This document shows, piece after piece, positions 13,532-55,800 of a DNA stretch of 64,000 nt (position 1 is the first letter of the stretch; every line of letters starts with the position of its first letter). The translations under genes and the position numbers were made by a program. Under the pieces are notes generated by a model. The model ran no database searches. It saw nothing but the letters and a program-made list of their open reading frames with translations, and was not told where the DNA came from. Origin of the DNA: Balanoglossus misakiensis (Eukaryota > Animalia > Hemichordata); NCBI GenBank assembly GCA_040954595.2, contig CM082597.2, forward strand, positions 4,053,924 to 4,117,923, given 5' to 3'.

Positions 13532-15640
13532 ATGGCAACCAGTTCAGAATGCTCAGCGACGCCAACCAGGGTATCTTTACCACAAGCATTCAAAACCAAA
13601 TATAGCGACTATTCACCGGAGAACTTTGATCACATATTCATTCCCGAACCCAGAAACAGTAAGCTATCAACTTTTACATCCTTTTCTTGTTTGTTTGTTT
13701 GTTTGGTTGTTGTTTTTTTGTTAAAATGAGATATTGCATCGATATTATATATTCAGCTATTGAGTACACAACAATCTGAGAACATTTCCATTACCCTTTC
13801 CCCCACCAGACTCCATGCTGGTCCCAGCATGCCTTACTCTCAATGACTGTTGCATAGACTGTGCTGGGGATGATGGGGAGATTGGGCAGCTGTGTAGTGA
13901 GGTGAAAGAGCTGGACCTTGCACAAAACAAGCTACAAGATTGGAGGGAGGTAAGCTGTGTATAGGCAGAAGTCTTTAATCTCGCAGTATGATGTCAGAAT
14001 CAATCAGATTTTTTTTAGTGAATTTATCACATTTTCGAGGCATGTACTTTCAACTTCGCTTTAATGACTCTTCTTTTACCTATCCAGGTGATTTCCATCA
14101 TATCGCAACTTCCAGACTTGGAGTTCCTGAATCTGGGTTCAAACCCACTGACCCAGCCCATCTCGCCCAAACTCCTGGAAACAGTATCCATGGCAACAAT
14201 CAAGAGACTAGTGCTGAACAATACAGGGGTGATGTGGGACGCTGTTCATCAGTTTCTAGAACTTATGACAAGGTATGTATTCTTGACTAGATGTCTAATT
14301 GTCGTAGTATTGGGTTTTAAATGTTTTTTTTACATGTATGTGTAGAATTCCATCTTAATATAGCTCAGATAATTCTGCTTGGTGCCTAATTGTTTTTATT
14401 TGCTAAAAATAGGTCCATTTAACATCTGGCTTTATGCATGTGTGTTTCTCTCTTTACAGTTTAGAAGAAATTCATCTCAGTTTGAACAGTATGAGTACAG
14501 TGGAAACTAGCGGCGCTTCCTACCCCAAGGTCAAGCTTGTTCAGTTCAACAACAACCACGTCACGGACTTCCGGGAGATCTGCAAACTCGGGGCGATGTT
14601 CCCGACTCTGGAGAACCTCTACCTGGTGGAGAACAAGATCACGGATCTCTCCGGGGACATCCCGGCCAGTTTCCCGTGCCTGAAGTGCATCAGTCTCAGC
14701 GACACGGAGATAGACAGCTGGGAGGCGCTGGAGAAGTTCAATCTCTTCCCGGAGCTGACGGACATCCGGCTGAAGGGCCTGCCGTTCCTGATGGCGTACG
14801 CGGAGGAAGAGCGGCGCCCTCTGGTGGTGGCCAGGCTGCCCCGTGTGTGCCGACTCAACGGTAGCCGGGTGTTGGGCGAAGAGAGACTTGATGCGGAGAG
14901 AATGTTCATTAGATACTACATGAAAAAAGCACCAGAAGAGCAGCCACAGAGGTGAGTTGAATCTAAAACCAATCTATAATTTTGTGGTCAATTTACAGAC
15001 ATGCACCATTTGTGTGAGTTTGTTGCATTACACATACAGTAAAACCTGTCGAATCTTGACACCAAGGAGACTGAGAATAAAGTTCGGTCTACAGGTCTGA
15101 GATGTCTAGAAGTTTAACAAGTGGATTTATTTAAAAGGGACTGTTCGGTATAGAAAGGTTTCCAGATTAGAAAGGGTTAGACAAATTATCCGGACAGCAA
15201 ACAATAACATGATGAGGTGTACTCTAATTTGTGAATAGTTTTACTCTTTTCAGTCGATCTCTGAAAATATATCTTCTGTCTATAAATTACAACTTCTGTC
15301 TCTTTGTAGATATCATGATCTGGTCGCCCTCCACGGCAAGCTGGACGAATTGGCCAAAGTTGACCTCCGACCCAAGGAAAGCGTACACTGCATGATCAAG
15401 TTTGACAGCAAGCAGAAACAGATGCGAGTGAACCCCAGCCAGACGATCTCGGAATTCAAGAAAGACTTGAAGAATTTCGTCGGCCTTTCCCCGACCCGCT
15501 TCAGACTCTTCTTCATGGATTCTGGCCACCCGTCGGCGAGGGATGGTTACATGGAAGAGATCAAATTCGGCAAACGGTGTCTTCACAGCTACGGAGTGAA
15601 AGACGGAGACGAATTCCACATAGTCCCTAAGATTGTGTAG
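13532..15640 (+). CDS. TBCEL: Tubulin-specific chaperone cofactor E-like protein (LRR + C-terminal ubiquitin-like domain, no CAP-Gly), ~424 aa
   Basis: Exons 13532-13658, 13810-13949, 14088-14272, 14460-14951, 15310-15640 (1275 nt). Motifs ELDLAQNKLQDW, VARLP..LNGS..ERLDAERMFIRYY, YHDLVALHGKL, LHSYGVKDGDEF. Confidence 0.93.
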
Positions 15641-17301
15641 AACACCCCCTCCTGTGTGAGAAATGGAATGCCCCGGCTATTTGAGACAATAGGATTATTC
15701 CAAAACAATTTTAAAAGAAGGGGAAAGTTTTCCAACAAAATCATATAATATACAAAATCTGATGCTTTTGTTGGTCGCATTGTATATTTACATAACAAAA
15801 CGAGTTTTAAAAACAACTTTTAACATAATATCTCAAGATGTTTAGCCTATGATTTGATTTGATATTTATAATAGTGAGCTTTATAAATTTTTACGCAGTG
15901 TGACATTGAAGGCTAGCCTATGATTATGATACAGGGTGTGGTATAGGATGCAATTGTTTTAGATATTGGCTGTCAGAGTGCAAAAATGAGTTTAATTTGT
16001 CTGCTCTGCAAGAAATGTTACATTTTAACTATGCATAGAAGTTACCATGGAAAGTGGTAAACTATTAAATGATTGGTGTGGAATGTCTTGTATTTACAAA
16101 TGCTATATATTTATCAAGAGCAATCACATTTATTTGTGCAAGAGGTAGATGTTAGTGTGTATGCCAGGTGTTTGTGTTATGTTGACTATAGACAGCCATT
16201 TGTGGCATTTTGGCCACTGTGTTGCGTACTATATATCTGTGACATTGTTCTGTATAGTGTGCACAAGCAACTTTTGTTGCTTGGTGATTGGATTCAGTTG
16301 TAGCTGACTTACAGACTTGGAAAAGATCGTGTGTGATACTATATATGGTGTAAAGTCCGTATTCAAATGTGTGCTATTGATTAAAATTTTAACATTTATT
16401 TAAAACTTTATGTAGCGTTGTTTGTTTTCAGAGTTGGATGATGACATCCCGAAACAGAACTGAACAGTGCCCTCTAAAGACATAAAATCTCCAGTCAATG
16501 ACTGCTGGAAAATTGCAAAGTACATACACATCATCTGTGTGAAATTCTGTATACTAGATAATTTTCTGCGATTGTTGAAATTTTAATAATAAAACTTTTG
16601 TAGCAAGTTGAACTGCCATAGCATTAGGTATACGCTGGGCCCAGGGCTTGTGACTATACCATAGGGGCAGAAATTACAATTGTCTTCTGCTGTATAAGTC
16701 CATGCTTGGATAATACTGGACATGGGTTGGGCCTGGGACGTTATTTTTGCCTTCATGGAATGATCATTTTAAGTTCCACCATTGTATAAAAAAAAAAGAA
16801 ATAAACTAGATTGATATGTCCAATTTCTTTGTAGCGAGTCGGTTGCGCGAAGATCGTGGTCTTGGCTGACCGGACACATGTGCCCTGTTGGCAGAATGAT
16901 ATATGAAGACACTGCTTTCAATGCCAGAGTAACCTTTGTACAAAGTGCGCTTGGGATGGGGTCGACCAGGCGGGACCTCCCACCCCATATCGATGCATAT
17001 AACGAATAGACTTTATCGATATGCAAATGTGAACAAAAGAACATCGATCGGAAACGGCTTATGAAAGAGATGATTGTTCTGCCGGACTCTGTGATCATTC
17101 AGATTTTACGAAACCTACTGAGCTAAAATAACAGAAAACCTGTGTTTGTAAACTCTGTTGGCAGACCCGGTATTGCGCAACTTTAGGACTGGGTACACGT
17201 GGAAAATCCCCGGCAATATTCCACCAATGCGCTTAGCGTATCTGGGATGAATGGCCAAACTAATTTGAATAACAGATTATGATGATTGACGCGCTAGAGG
17301 C

Positions 17302-17343
17302 CACGTGACCAACGCGTCATTCTCCCTTCGCTGGTAATTCAAC

Positions 17344-17351
<8 letters not shown>
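17302..17351 (+). promoter_or_regulatory. Probable ATP1A core promoter: E-box CACGTGAC, pyrimidine-rich initiator, YY1-type motif overlapping the ATG
   Basis: CACGTGAC 17302-17309; AACATGGCGGC 17341-17351; second AATATGGCGGC near 17758; CpG-rich patch. Confidence 0.55.
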
Positions 17352-45706
<28,355 letters not shown>

Positions 45707-47973
45707 CACGCGGGCATAGCTGCTTATCAAATCCCAGGAAAAATAAATTTGCAGCGAAGGAGAAAAAATAAAACGTGCATAAATACAAGAAATGCCTGAA
45801 GCGACTGTACCATTTGACCAAGTAGGGGTGATGCCAGGAATTCATCTGTATAGAACAACACACTAAGTGACATTTTCACCCTTTCTTTACTTTTTATGAC
45901 TAAAAATGGTTAATTCTGAATTTGTGATCACCACCAGTATCTCTGCTTTCTTCCCTATATCTCATGTAAAATGGTATAGTCTGTAAAATGGTATGGCATG
46001 TTGCCTATGCGAAATGAGCTATACCATTTTACAAGGGAATATACAGGTCAGGAACTGGGGACTGGTTTGATCTGTCTGTCTTTTGAGTGTTTAAATTTTA
46101 CATCATATGCAATGTAGTCTTACGTAGCTTTTTGTCTGATACAAGACAAGTTTTATCATTTTCTTATTTAACATATTGAGACAAAAAAATCAGAAAAAAT
46201 GAGCAAAATTTAAAAAAAATGTAAAAGGAAACAAATTGAGAGAAAAGAACTTGGGAAGTATTTAAGGATTGATTTGTAGCCATTGTTTTATTGTTGGTTG
46301 AAATTCCATGATGTATCAATTTCTTTTCTTGGATTTCTTGGTTCCTTTTTTCCTAGGTCAGTAGTTCATCTTGCAAGTGTGTATTCTGGTCTTGAGATGC
46401 GTGTGTCAGTTTAGCTGATCGAGCGACTAGGATTTTCTCTAGTAATTTACTTCTAGGGCAATTAAAACTATCTTCACCTTCTGCGGACCAGTTTTGGGCA
46501 TTTGGTCACACAAAGCACTCCCAAACACTCCTTTTTCTGCCACTCACAGATTAAACTGGAAGTATAGGTTCAAATTATTCTTGCAATGTACAGGGTTGAC
46601 CTATTCCCAATATCATCATACCTTCTAACCAGCAGTGGGCATCTCGGTTATCGATACGAAAAAAAAATGTATAAAACGAAGTATATAATTCAAAACTGTC
46701 AACATAGATTCTCAAAGATGTTCTTTTGTTTCTGTTATGTATTTTTTAAAATCAGAAAATGCTTCTTGGTGGCTTCACAAGAATTTGAGATTTTTAATTT
46801 TGTTTGCGGTTTTCTCGGTGATTAGAAAGTGGCACTGTGATCTTTCTTTTTTTTTCTTTTACGACTTTGATATTCACTGCAGCCAAGTACATCTGGATTG
46901 TCGAGGTATTTTAATTGCTAAATTTCTTTTGTAACTCGTTACCTCTAGTGCCAAAAGAACCCCCCCCAGCTTTTTGTCAATGACAGTATCCTGTTCCAGA
47001 CTTGATGCCTGATTTGTTCATGTGCCACCCCTTCATGCCTACTATTGTGGCGGTCCGATCTATGATTTTCAATAGGTGGACTAGTCCACCTGTGAGCTAG
47101 TGTAGGGGGATGATATTTCCGCAGCGAATCAGATGTATCTGGCTGTTTTATGGATGATGTAAATATGTAATTTGTTCCCTTGAAGTTGTACATCATGATC
47201 GCTTTTAAAAGAATTTTTTTTTTGTGTCCGAAAATGTAGCGAGTGTGCTTATGAAAGGAAAAAAAAGCTGACAAATAGCTAGAGATTTAACATGACACTG
47301 CAATTTCAGACGGAAATTCCAAGCAATATGGCTGTGCAGACTACAAAAGCTGTCATTGATGTTCAAGTTTTAATTGTGTGTACCATTCACAATATTCAAT
47401 TTCTAATGTACATTGTATAACTATTGAAGACAGATTTTCGTAGCTGAAGCTGGCCATTCAGGAAAAATCATGTGTTTCTCAGCATCTTGGATGAAACATT
47501 ACTTTCTGTGCTTGCTTGTTCATAGGGTTTTTTCTTGTGTACTTTTTTGCTGTGGATTCATGTGTTCAAACTATGTAATATAGAGATCTCGGAAACACTA
47601 CTAAAGAGCTGACAAACACAATTTTTTTTTTCTGGGTGGCCGGCAAGAACTTAAGAAAATACAGATCTGTTCATAAATTGATGATTTTAATATTTCTGTG
47701 AGCTAATTAGAATTTAGTGTGTACTTGTTGCTGTTGCAACATGGTGTGACGGAAAACATAGGTCTTTCATGTAATAAGAGATTATTTTAGTTCAAATTTA
47801 CTAAAAATTAGACAAAATGTGGTGGCGGTAACAATCCCCCAAGTTTGTTGTGTTTTTCAAGAAAATGCATTTCTCCCCGAAATCACTGAATGTGTTCACT
47901 TCATTCTGTAAATGGTATAGGCCTCTCGTTTCGCTCTGTACTACCCTGTTAGTATTCTTACTTATCAGGTTTA

Positions 47974-48256
47974 CCCTGTTGTGAAGTAGCCAGGTCTTGC
48001 ATCGTGTATCCTAATATACGACTTATGCATCCTGTCCAAAAGGGTTATACATCATCGCTTTTCTCATGTTTACACCACCTGCAAACACATGTTTATTATG
48101 CCGTTCTCCTGTGCCCGGTTGCGAAGTTGGCATAGTCTTGCTTCGTGTACCTAGTTTACGACTTATGCATCCTGTCCAGAAGGGGTTGTACAGCATCGCT
48201 TTTCATAGTTTACACCACCTGCTTACACATCTATTTCTCGCGCCGTTCTCCCGTAC
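47974..48256. repeat. Diverged ~140-bp tandem duplication in the putative ATP1A 3' UTR
   Basis: 'tacgacttatgcatcctgtcca' and 'gtttacaccacctgc' each occur twice, ~140 bp apart. Confidence 0.85.
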
Positions 48257-48878
48257 AGCCGTATAGTACTGGAGATTGACCTGATCAACACAAACCCACT
48301 ACCTATGCTTCTCCTTCACATTTCTCTGGCGAAATTCCATTGGTGCAAATGATATTCAGGATGAATTTTACTTGATATGTTTTGTATAATTACTGTTTTT
48401 GTGTTTTACCTCCATTTTCTACCAATATCGTGTATTTTTTCGTTCTATTACAAGTGTTAAGTTTGTAGTCGAAGCTTCAGTCTCTCAAGCCCTTTGATTA
48501 TGCCCCTGTTTTTAATTCCTGCATTGTAGTATGTACGTTCCCCCTATGAGTAAATCAATAAAACATAGTGACCACAATCTTGTGTTAACGTCGTGAGTTT
48601 GGTAAATGCAAATTGTAGTACTTTACTGACTGTATCATAAAAACCAAGAGAAGTAGTGTACTACATACTACTCAATTCTGACACGGAAGCTCAGAAGGAT
48701 GGACCATGAGACAATTTGATTAATGACCAATAATTTTTATTTCGTAAAACAAGAAATCATGCAATTTTCTGTCATAAAATTATTGGTCCCACGAACACTG
48801 AAAGAAGGTCGGTCTTCTAATATCTGCCAAAGGTAATGGGATAAAACCCAACTGACCACAACACTATCAACTCCGGAT

Positions 48879-50356
48879 TTCTGTGTGACAAGAAGAAAAA
48901 GTTAACATCAATAAAAAAAATTCTATCTGCCAACGGGGCATAAGTCTTACAGAAAAAATAAAGAGTTGTATAACTTTGACATCTGAAGGAAAAAGCAAAA
49001 GTGTTTTAATATGATGAACACTTGTCAACATGATGAAGGGAGTACAATAAGGGACTGTATAAACAAACTTACAGCAGGGTTCAATTAGGCTGCGTATTTC
49101 AGCATTATCTGAAAGATCCAGATCATCTGGATTCCAGCTGAACACGTCTCCTCCATCTGCACAGTCGTCGAGCACAGTGGTGATCTCCTCTTGCGTCAGG
49201 ACCGTCGACCACATGTTGAACGAAGTGATGTTCCCGACGAGCGCTTGGCGGGAGTCGTAGCCACCTCTCAGACTGTCCTGGTCTTGGCCAAGCACCAAGA
49301 TCCCACCGGACGCTATGGTGTCACCACTTGCCAACCCGGTACCACTGTCGAACAGTTCGCCGTCGTTGTAAACGGCCCAGTCTCCGCCGTCGGAAGACCA
49401 CGTGACGCACACGTGGTGCCACTCCCCGTCGTCCAGCTTCAGCGTTTGCGTTTTCGTCGCGTGCGTCTCTCTGACCAGAATATTGAGGTTTGATGCCTTC
49501 GTTAGAAGAATTTCATTATTCCTAGAGGTACTGGTGCAGTAGGAAACGAGAGTGGCGCCGGACGATTCGGTGTTCACCCAGAGGCATGTCGTCATAGCCG
49601 TCATGTCCGGGATTGGGACATCGACAGCAACGTCTGTCGCAGTGGCCTCCAGAGAAAGAGTCTTGTAATCGTCTGAGATATGACAGAGACAAAAAATGTG
49701 AGGACATACATGAAATGGCATGATCTACAGTAAGATGGATGTATAAGAGAGATTGTAAAACCAGATTCGCGGGGATATGAATTTGTCAAATTCGTTGCAA
49801 CAGGTATAGGCCATGAACACCTGGAGCAGTGCCTGTTATTTGAACCACCATAGGCCTATTGTATTCAAGACATGAAGACGTGAACATATGTGCGCCGAAC
49901 AAAGGTGTTCTATCACGCATTGCTCAGTAAATCAGTCAGTCGAGTCATTCGTTTTTTGTTGATTTAAAAAAAATTCTATTTGATCATTTGTTCGCGTTTT
50001 TGACGATGTAATCAAGGATTTGTGTAATGGACAGTAAATAAGGATACATTAATTTACTGAATGAAAGTTACGAACCATCACATGTCTGTACAGGACCTCT
50101 TTTTACGGGCGCAGTCCTGCGAACAATGTTTTCGCTACCAAATAGACAGAACTACAAAAAATAACAAGAACAGTAAAGAGTTAATTTTTTGTCTAAAAAC
50201 ATGTAGAATATGTGTACAGCAAACTTGAAAATCACGTTTTCAAGAAAACAAAGAAACATTGCAAAGAATGACATGCCGCTGTCCTGATGGCAGTGATGGG
50301 GACATTATACAACATACCTGGAAAAAGAGAGCTGAGATAAAGATGAACAGTTTCAT
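48879..50356 (-). CDS. Secreted short pentraxin (CRP/SAP-like), ~238 aa; last exon uncertain
   Basis: Exons 50356-50318 (MKLFIFISALFFQ), 50151-50076 (FCLFGSEN..QTCD), 49672-49073 (pentraxin domain with signature HVCVTWSS and LGQDQD), then T|AA stop at acceptor 48880, or an alternative acceptor at 48982. Minus-strand AATAAA near 48736-48741. Confidence 0.85.
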
Positions 50357-52876
50357 ATTTGGAGCCTCCATTGATAATCTGCGTTGTTATGGCCGTGACA
50401 GGAGATGGCTGCAACAATCTAAATTGTGTCCACAACTACCCCTGCCTACGGTGGTCATGGCCTTTTATATAATTGTATGCTGATTTTTTACTGTTGCCAG
50501 CTAGATAGCGTAGTCTTGGTAGCCAACAAAATTTGCATACACGATGCATAAATTTGAATCGATGAATTCGCAAGACTGTAAACATTTCAAAAGACATTAA
50601 CCTCTTATTTAAGGGCCCTTTATAATTTGCATATTAGTCCTCAACATATGTACCTGAATATAAAAGCTAGAACACTTGGAGTGAGTTGCCACTCTATAAC
50701 TCTGACCTGTCTGAGGTTGCCTGTCTTATCAATGGTAATATTAAAACGCGCATTCACTTTGTTTGTGCTAAATGTTGTCTTAGTGTCTTTTTTGTTGCTA
50801 ATAAATTTACTACCCGCATTTATTGACTTCTCTGTCTATCAACAGCTATAATATCATGACTTCGTGCATATCATACCAAACATACGACTGTGCAGACATA
50901 TAGATGGCTGCCACGTGTAAATATTGAAACTAGTTTATACCAACTTTTCAAACATATTGTTCTGAACATTTCCGTATGTCGTTTACGTAGTCCCAGGTCC
51001 CAAACACGTTCTTTGCAGTTTTAGGCTATGGGTTCTGTGTGTGTTTTTCTGTACATCACAGATCACAATTTTTTGTAAAATTTAGAAAAGGTTCATTTCA
51101 TTTGCCGTTGCGTGTTGGATAGATGTTCCAGGCTGTTACAGAAAATACTTTCAGGAACTGAGTTCTAAAAATATGATTGACACAGAAAATTCTCTCGTTA
51201 AAACTCTAGTTCTAAAAACGAGAACAAAATGTTTTAGGTGACATAAACAATAAATTTTGTCAATGTGGACTGACCCAGAAAATAAAATTGTTATGGCCCG
51301 AGTTCTAAAAATGCGGAACGAAAATGTAATGGTAGGAAAATAGAGAAGGTACATCAGCGTTTATAAACCCCGTTTGCGTTAAAAAATATGTTATAAATAA
51401 TCTACGGGGGCTGATCAAATTGAACAGGAAAATATCTCTTAAACAACTCTTACTGAAAAAAAACAAAGAGTTAGGGGCTTGAAGAAGAACATTTGCACCA
51501 ATTAAACTTGAGAAATATTGTACTTTGTACGAATACATCTCATTGCAATGTCCCGCCAGACTTGGCTAATTACTATGGCAATAAATAGCCAGCCAAGTAA
51601 TATATGCCAAGATTGGCATGGCGCTAGAAATAGGTGTAATTCTAAATTTTGAGCCATACTACATGCAGTTCATTTGGTGTTTGCTTGGCTAGTCTGGTTC
51701 CCTGCCCCAATCCCACCGCTGGCTGCGCTACGCTAAAGGGAAATTACGTTATCTTGGGGGAGCTTGACTTTTCTGTGCCAACCTAAGCGGTTAAATGTTA
51801 TTTCCCACAATGCATCGGTCATTAAAGGCCAAATACGGAAGTGAAGTTGACCGATGCAGGTTAGGTTGTTATGTATGCCAGCTGTGGCTGTCGGTGGTGG
51901 TGATTTCTATGGCAACGGAATTTGTGGTAGCGGATAATTATGTACGGGTTGAATCAGGCTACCCGGCAGTGTAATTTCGATGCCTGTGGCTAAGAACCAT
52001 AGCCCTGCGTACATGTCTGTGTGTTGGCGGCGTTTACACGTGTATAAACGCCGGGAACACACACACCTGTACGTAAAGCTACATTCATCGCTGTACAGGG
52101 TGTGTGACAATATAAGACTGTGTGTACCCATACCATGGCCCAAAAGTACACAACTGTTTCTCTGCAATCACGGCACTGCAACATATGCTGCAGCACGATA
52201 ACATTATATAACTTATATATTTGTCGATTTCAAGCGCCGTTGTCATGTCATGTCAAAGAGGTGTGAATCACTGGGGTCTAAATGGCCAGGGGTCGAAGTG
52301 ACCTGTTACCTTGTCATGTTTGTTTTTTCGTCGTTGTTTACAAAAATGGCTCGCTGAGAAAGCAAGATCATGACCTTGGTGAGGTTGTATCTGCTTCATT
52401 GCTAGTACAATAGTAATGCAGATAAAACTTGTGATCCCAGTATCCTCGGATTTCAATGCCAGTCTGTCCCGTACTGACCGGATGGCCTTTGTATGTACAC
52501 AAAGGAACAAGCTGTTGGTATCAATAAACGCAATTACTTTCATACTTTATGTAAGCGCAACATAAACATAAACGAAACATATTGAAACATTTAAATATAG
52601 GTAGCCTAGGTTGATGACAACATATTTTAATCTCAAAATTCTTGGTGAAATAATCTGTTTGAACCAAAAGCAGTGTATGGCATTGAAAAGCCACTTTGGT
52701 GAATATTAATTTTTATGTTTTAGAAAATAAAATACATAAAATAAGAAGTGACTATAGCTAATTTGATCACTTAGATATTCATATGAAGTTTTGCCAAAAG
52801 CTTATTTTTTCTTAATTATTTTTTTTTAACATCTTGTTAGGTGAGTTGAGGCAGAAAGAAGAATGATTGTGTGAGC

Positions 52877-55800
52877 ATGGATTTTGATAAAATTTTGAAG
52901 AACATTGGAGAATTCGGCAAACAGCAGCGGCGTCAGTTCTTGGTAGTGTCCTCAATATGTTCATTCTGGACTTCAGTGCATATGCTGTGTCTAGCCTTCG
53001 CGGGCATTGCACCAGACGTCCATTGCGGAGATCACAGTGCCAAAGTCAAGGCCAACATTGACTTGTGTTCAAAACCATGCAAGAACTATGTGTACAGTAC
53101 GGAATTTACTTCCATAGCAACAACGGTATGTAAATAACTAATTTGGGTAAGATCATGTGTGTGTGTTTACAGACAACATTTTGTTTGATGTGTTGTTGTT
53201 CGTTTCTACAATGCTGTTGCCAAGTCAATTAAAGTTTACAACTAACATGGTAAATTTAGGAACACGTAGTCAAACCTAGAGTAATAAATCAGCAGTTTAC
53301 TGAGCTGGGTACTGTCATGAAATGTTTATTCAATTCTCTGTTTTTTGCGACTGTATTTTGAAGCCCCAATAGCTGGTAAACTACTTACTTTAACCACAGT
53401 CAATAAATGACACTGTTTTGACTTTGTGGGGATTTTAATAATACCCATGTACGCATACCATGATTTTTGTGTACTCTTGCAATGCGTAGTTGAATAAACG
53501 GGTGTGGTACCTGTTTATTACTTAACTTGTACATATTCACATATACAGCGACAATAAGAAATAGATAAAGTTATGTGGATACCTTCAAGTTAACTCGCTT
53601 AAATCGATATTCTAAGTTTGAAAGAGTAATCATGAAAATAATTTTAAAAAATGGCAGCTATTGGGGCTTTAACTTTTTCAAGTTGCTCATAATTTTTTGT
53701 TTCTCGCAGTGGGACCTTGTCTGCGGTGAAAGCTACAAAGTGGGGCTTGCTCAATCCATCTACATGTCTGGTGTTTTAGTCGGCAGTTACATATTCAGCA
53801 GCCTGTCTGATAACTATGGCAGACGGATCGCGTTCTTCCTATCAACCGGGCTTCTAACATTATTTGCCTTGGCCAGTGCCGCCTCCACCTCGTACAGCAT
53901 GTTTGTCGTTCTCAGGTAAGGGAGCCTACAGTAATTACAAGGGGGGGGGGGAATCAGGGGAGGGTCACATATTACAGTTCAGATGTGCTCTGAATCCCCC
54001 CCCCCCCCTTAACTACTGAAGGCTCCCTAAGTCGCAGTGTATGGCTATCAGGGCTGTGTGATACCAGCATTTATTTAGTAGCTAGGGATATAGAGTCGAC
54101 TAGCATTTGTTTTTTTCCCATATCCTGCTACTCTTGAATCTTTGCACAAATATATACATGTCCTTCGGGGGCTTAATAATTATTATAATAGAGTATTAAA
54201 TAAAGCTGAAATAAATTAAAATTGGGATGACCCTGCCACCTATGTTACAGCTGTGAAGTTTATCCATTATAGTAGGTTGGGTCCATATGCAGAGTGACAT
54301 GTTAAGGGGTTAACCTGCCTGCATTTATATTTCATTGAATCTTATAATTATCATCGATTTATTGGGGCATATGAACAAGAGATACAAGCTAATGTTGTTC
54401 TTTATTATGTTCTTAAACTCAGGTTTTTCACAGCCATGTGTAATGGTGGTTGTGGTTTGACAGGATTTATACTGGCCACAGAAACAGTGGGGCCAACATA
54501 TCGAGCTCTGGCTGGTACACTTGTACAGGCCTCCTTTGCAGTGGGCATTGTTGTAAGTAAATTGTCTTTTAAAGGGACAAAGTCTCTCTCTCGCTGCCCT
54601 TTTTTCCATTAATTATGTTTGATACAAGACACTGTTTATGTTATTCTAATAATGTGGATATAGTGAATCAACATTAAACCACGCACAACTTCCATCCCAC
54701 TTGAGTGAAAAAACTCGCCAAAATAAATAATCGGTGTTTACCATTTATTCATTTTGGCAAGATTTTTACTCACATATCCTACAAACAGGATGGAAGTTGT
54801 ATGTGGTTGAACGATGATTCACTATGTATCCACATTTAGAATAAAATAAAAGGTGGCTTGTATCAAACATAATTAATGAAAAGAGGGCAGCGAGAGAGAG
54901 ACTAAGTTGTCCCTTTAAAGGGGCATGAGCTGTAATTTTAGTAATTATTTTCATGATTTTACTTTCAAGCTTACAATGGTTGACTTGAGTGGGTTATCGT
55001 TGACATTAAAGGTATACAGTCACCTATGGAAAATTAGCTATAGTTACCATGGCAAATTGAGATCAAGCCAATCACAGATTTTCAGTGGGTGGCACACGCG
55101 AAAATAGAGTGCCACCATATGTTCTTTAGAATGCTCAAATACGCCATTTCAGCCATATATGGGCGCATGTAAATTGGCGGTGAATGTTTACCTTTAAATT
55201 ATTGTGATGCTTAGTTCGTGTTTTTTTTCTGGAACCAGGTATTTGGGTGCATTGCGTACCTTGTTCGTGACTGGAGATATCTGATCGGTGTTACATCAGC
55301 GCCCGGGATACTGTTTACAATGGCATATTGGTAGGTTACTGTGTAATCCTTAATTTAAAGGGACAAAGTCTCTCTCTCTCGCTGCCCTTTTACCATTAAT
55401 TATGTTTGATACAAGACACCGTTGATGTTATTCTACATGTGGATGTATTGTGAATCATCGTTCGACCACACACAACTTCCATTCCGGTTGTAGGATATAA
55501 GAGTAAAAATCTCGCCAAAATGAATAAACGGTAAACACTGATTATTCATTTTGGCGAGTTTTTATACAGGTTAATGTCAAAAGGAATGTGCATATTAAAA
55601 GACAACTACTACTACACATTATTTCAAGACTATACAGTATCTACAGTTTATGCATTACATGTATACTAGTATAAGCACAGTGTTAACCTTTGACCTTTGA
55701 CCCGTCTCGCCCAGGATGATCCCGGAGTCACCCCGGTGGTTGATAACTCAAGGCAAATTGAAAGAGGCTGAGGATATCCTGCGTTACATTGCGAATCAGA

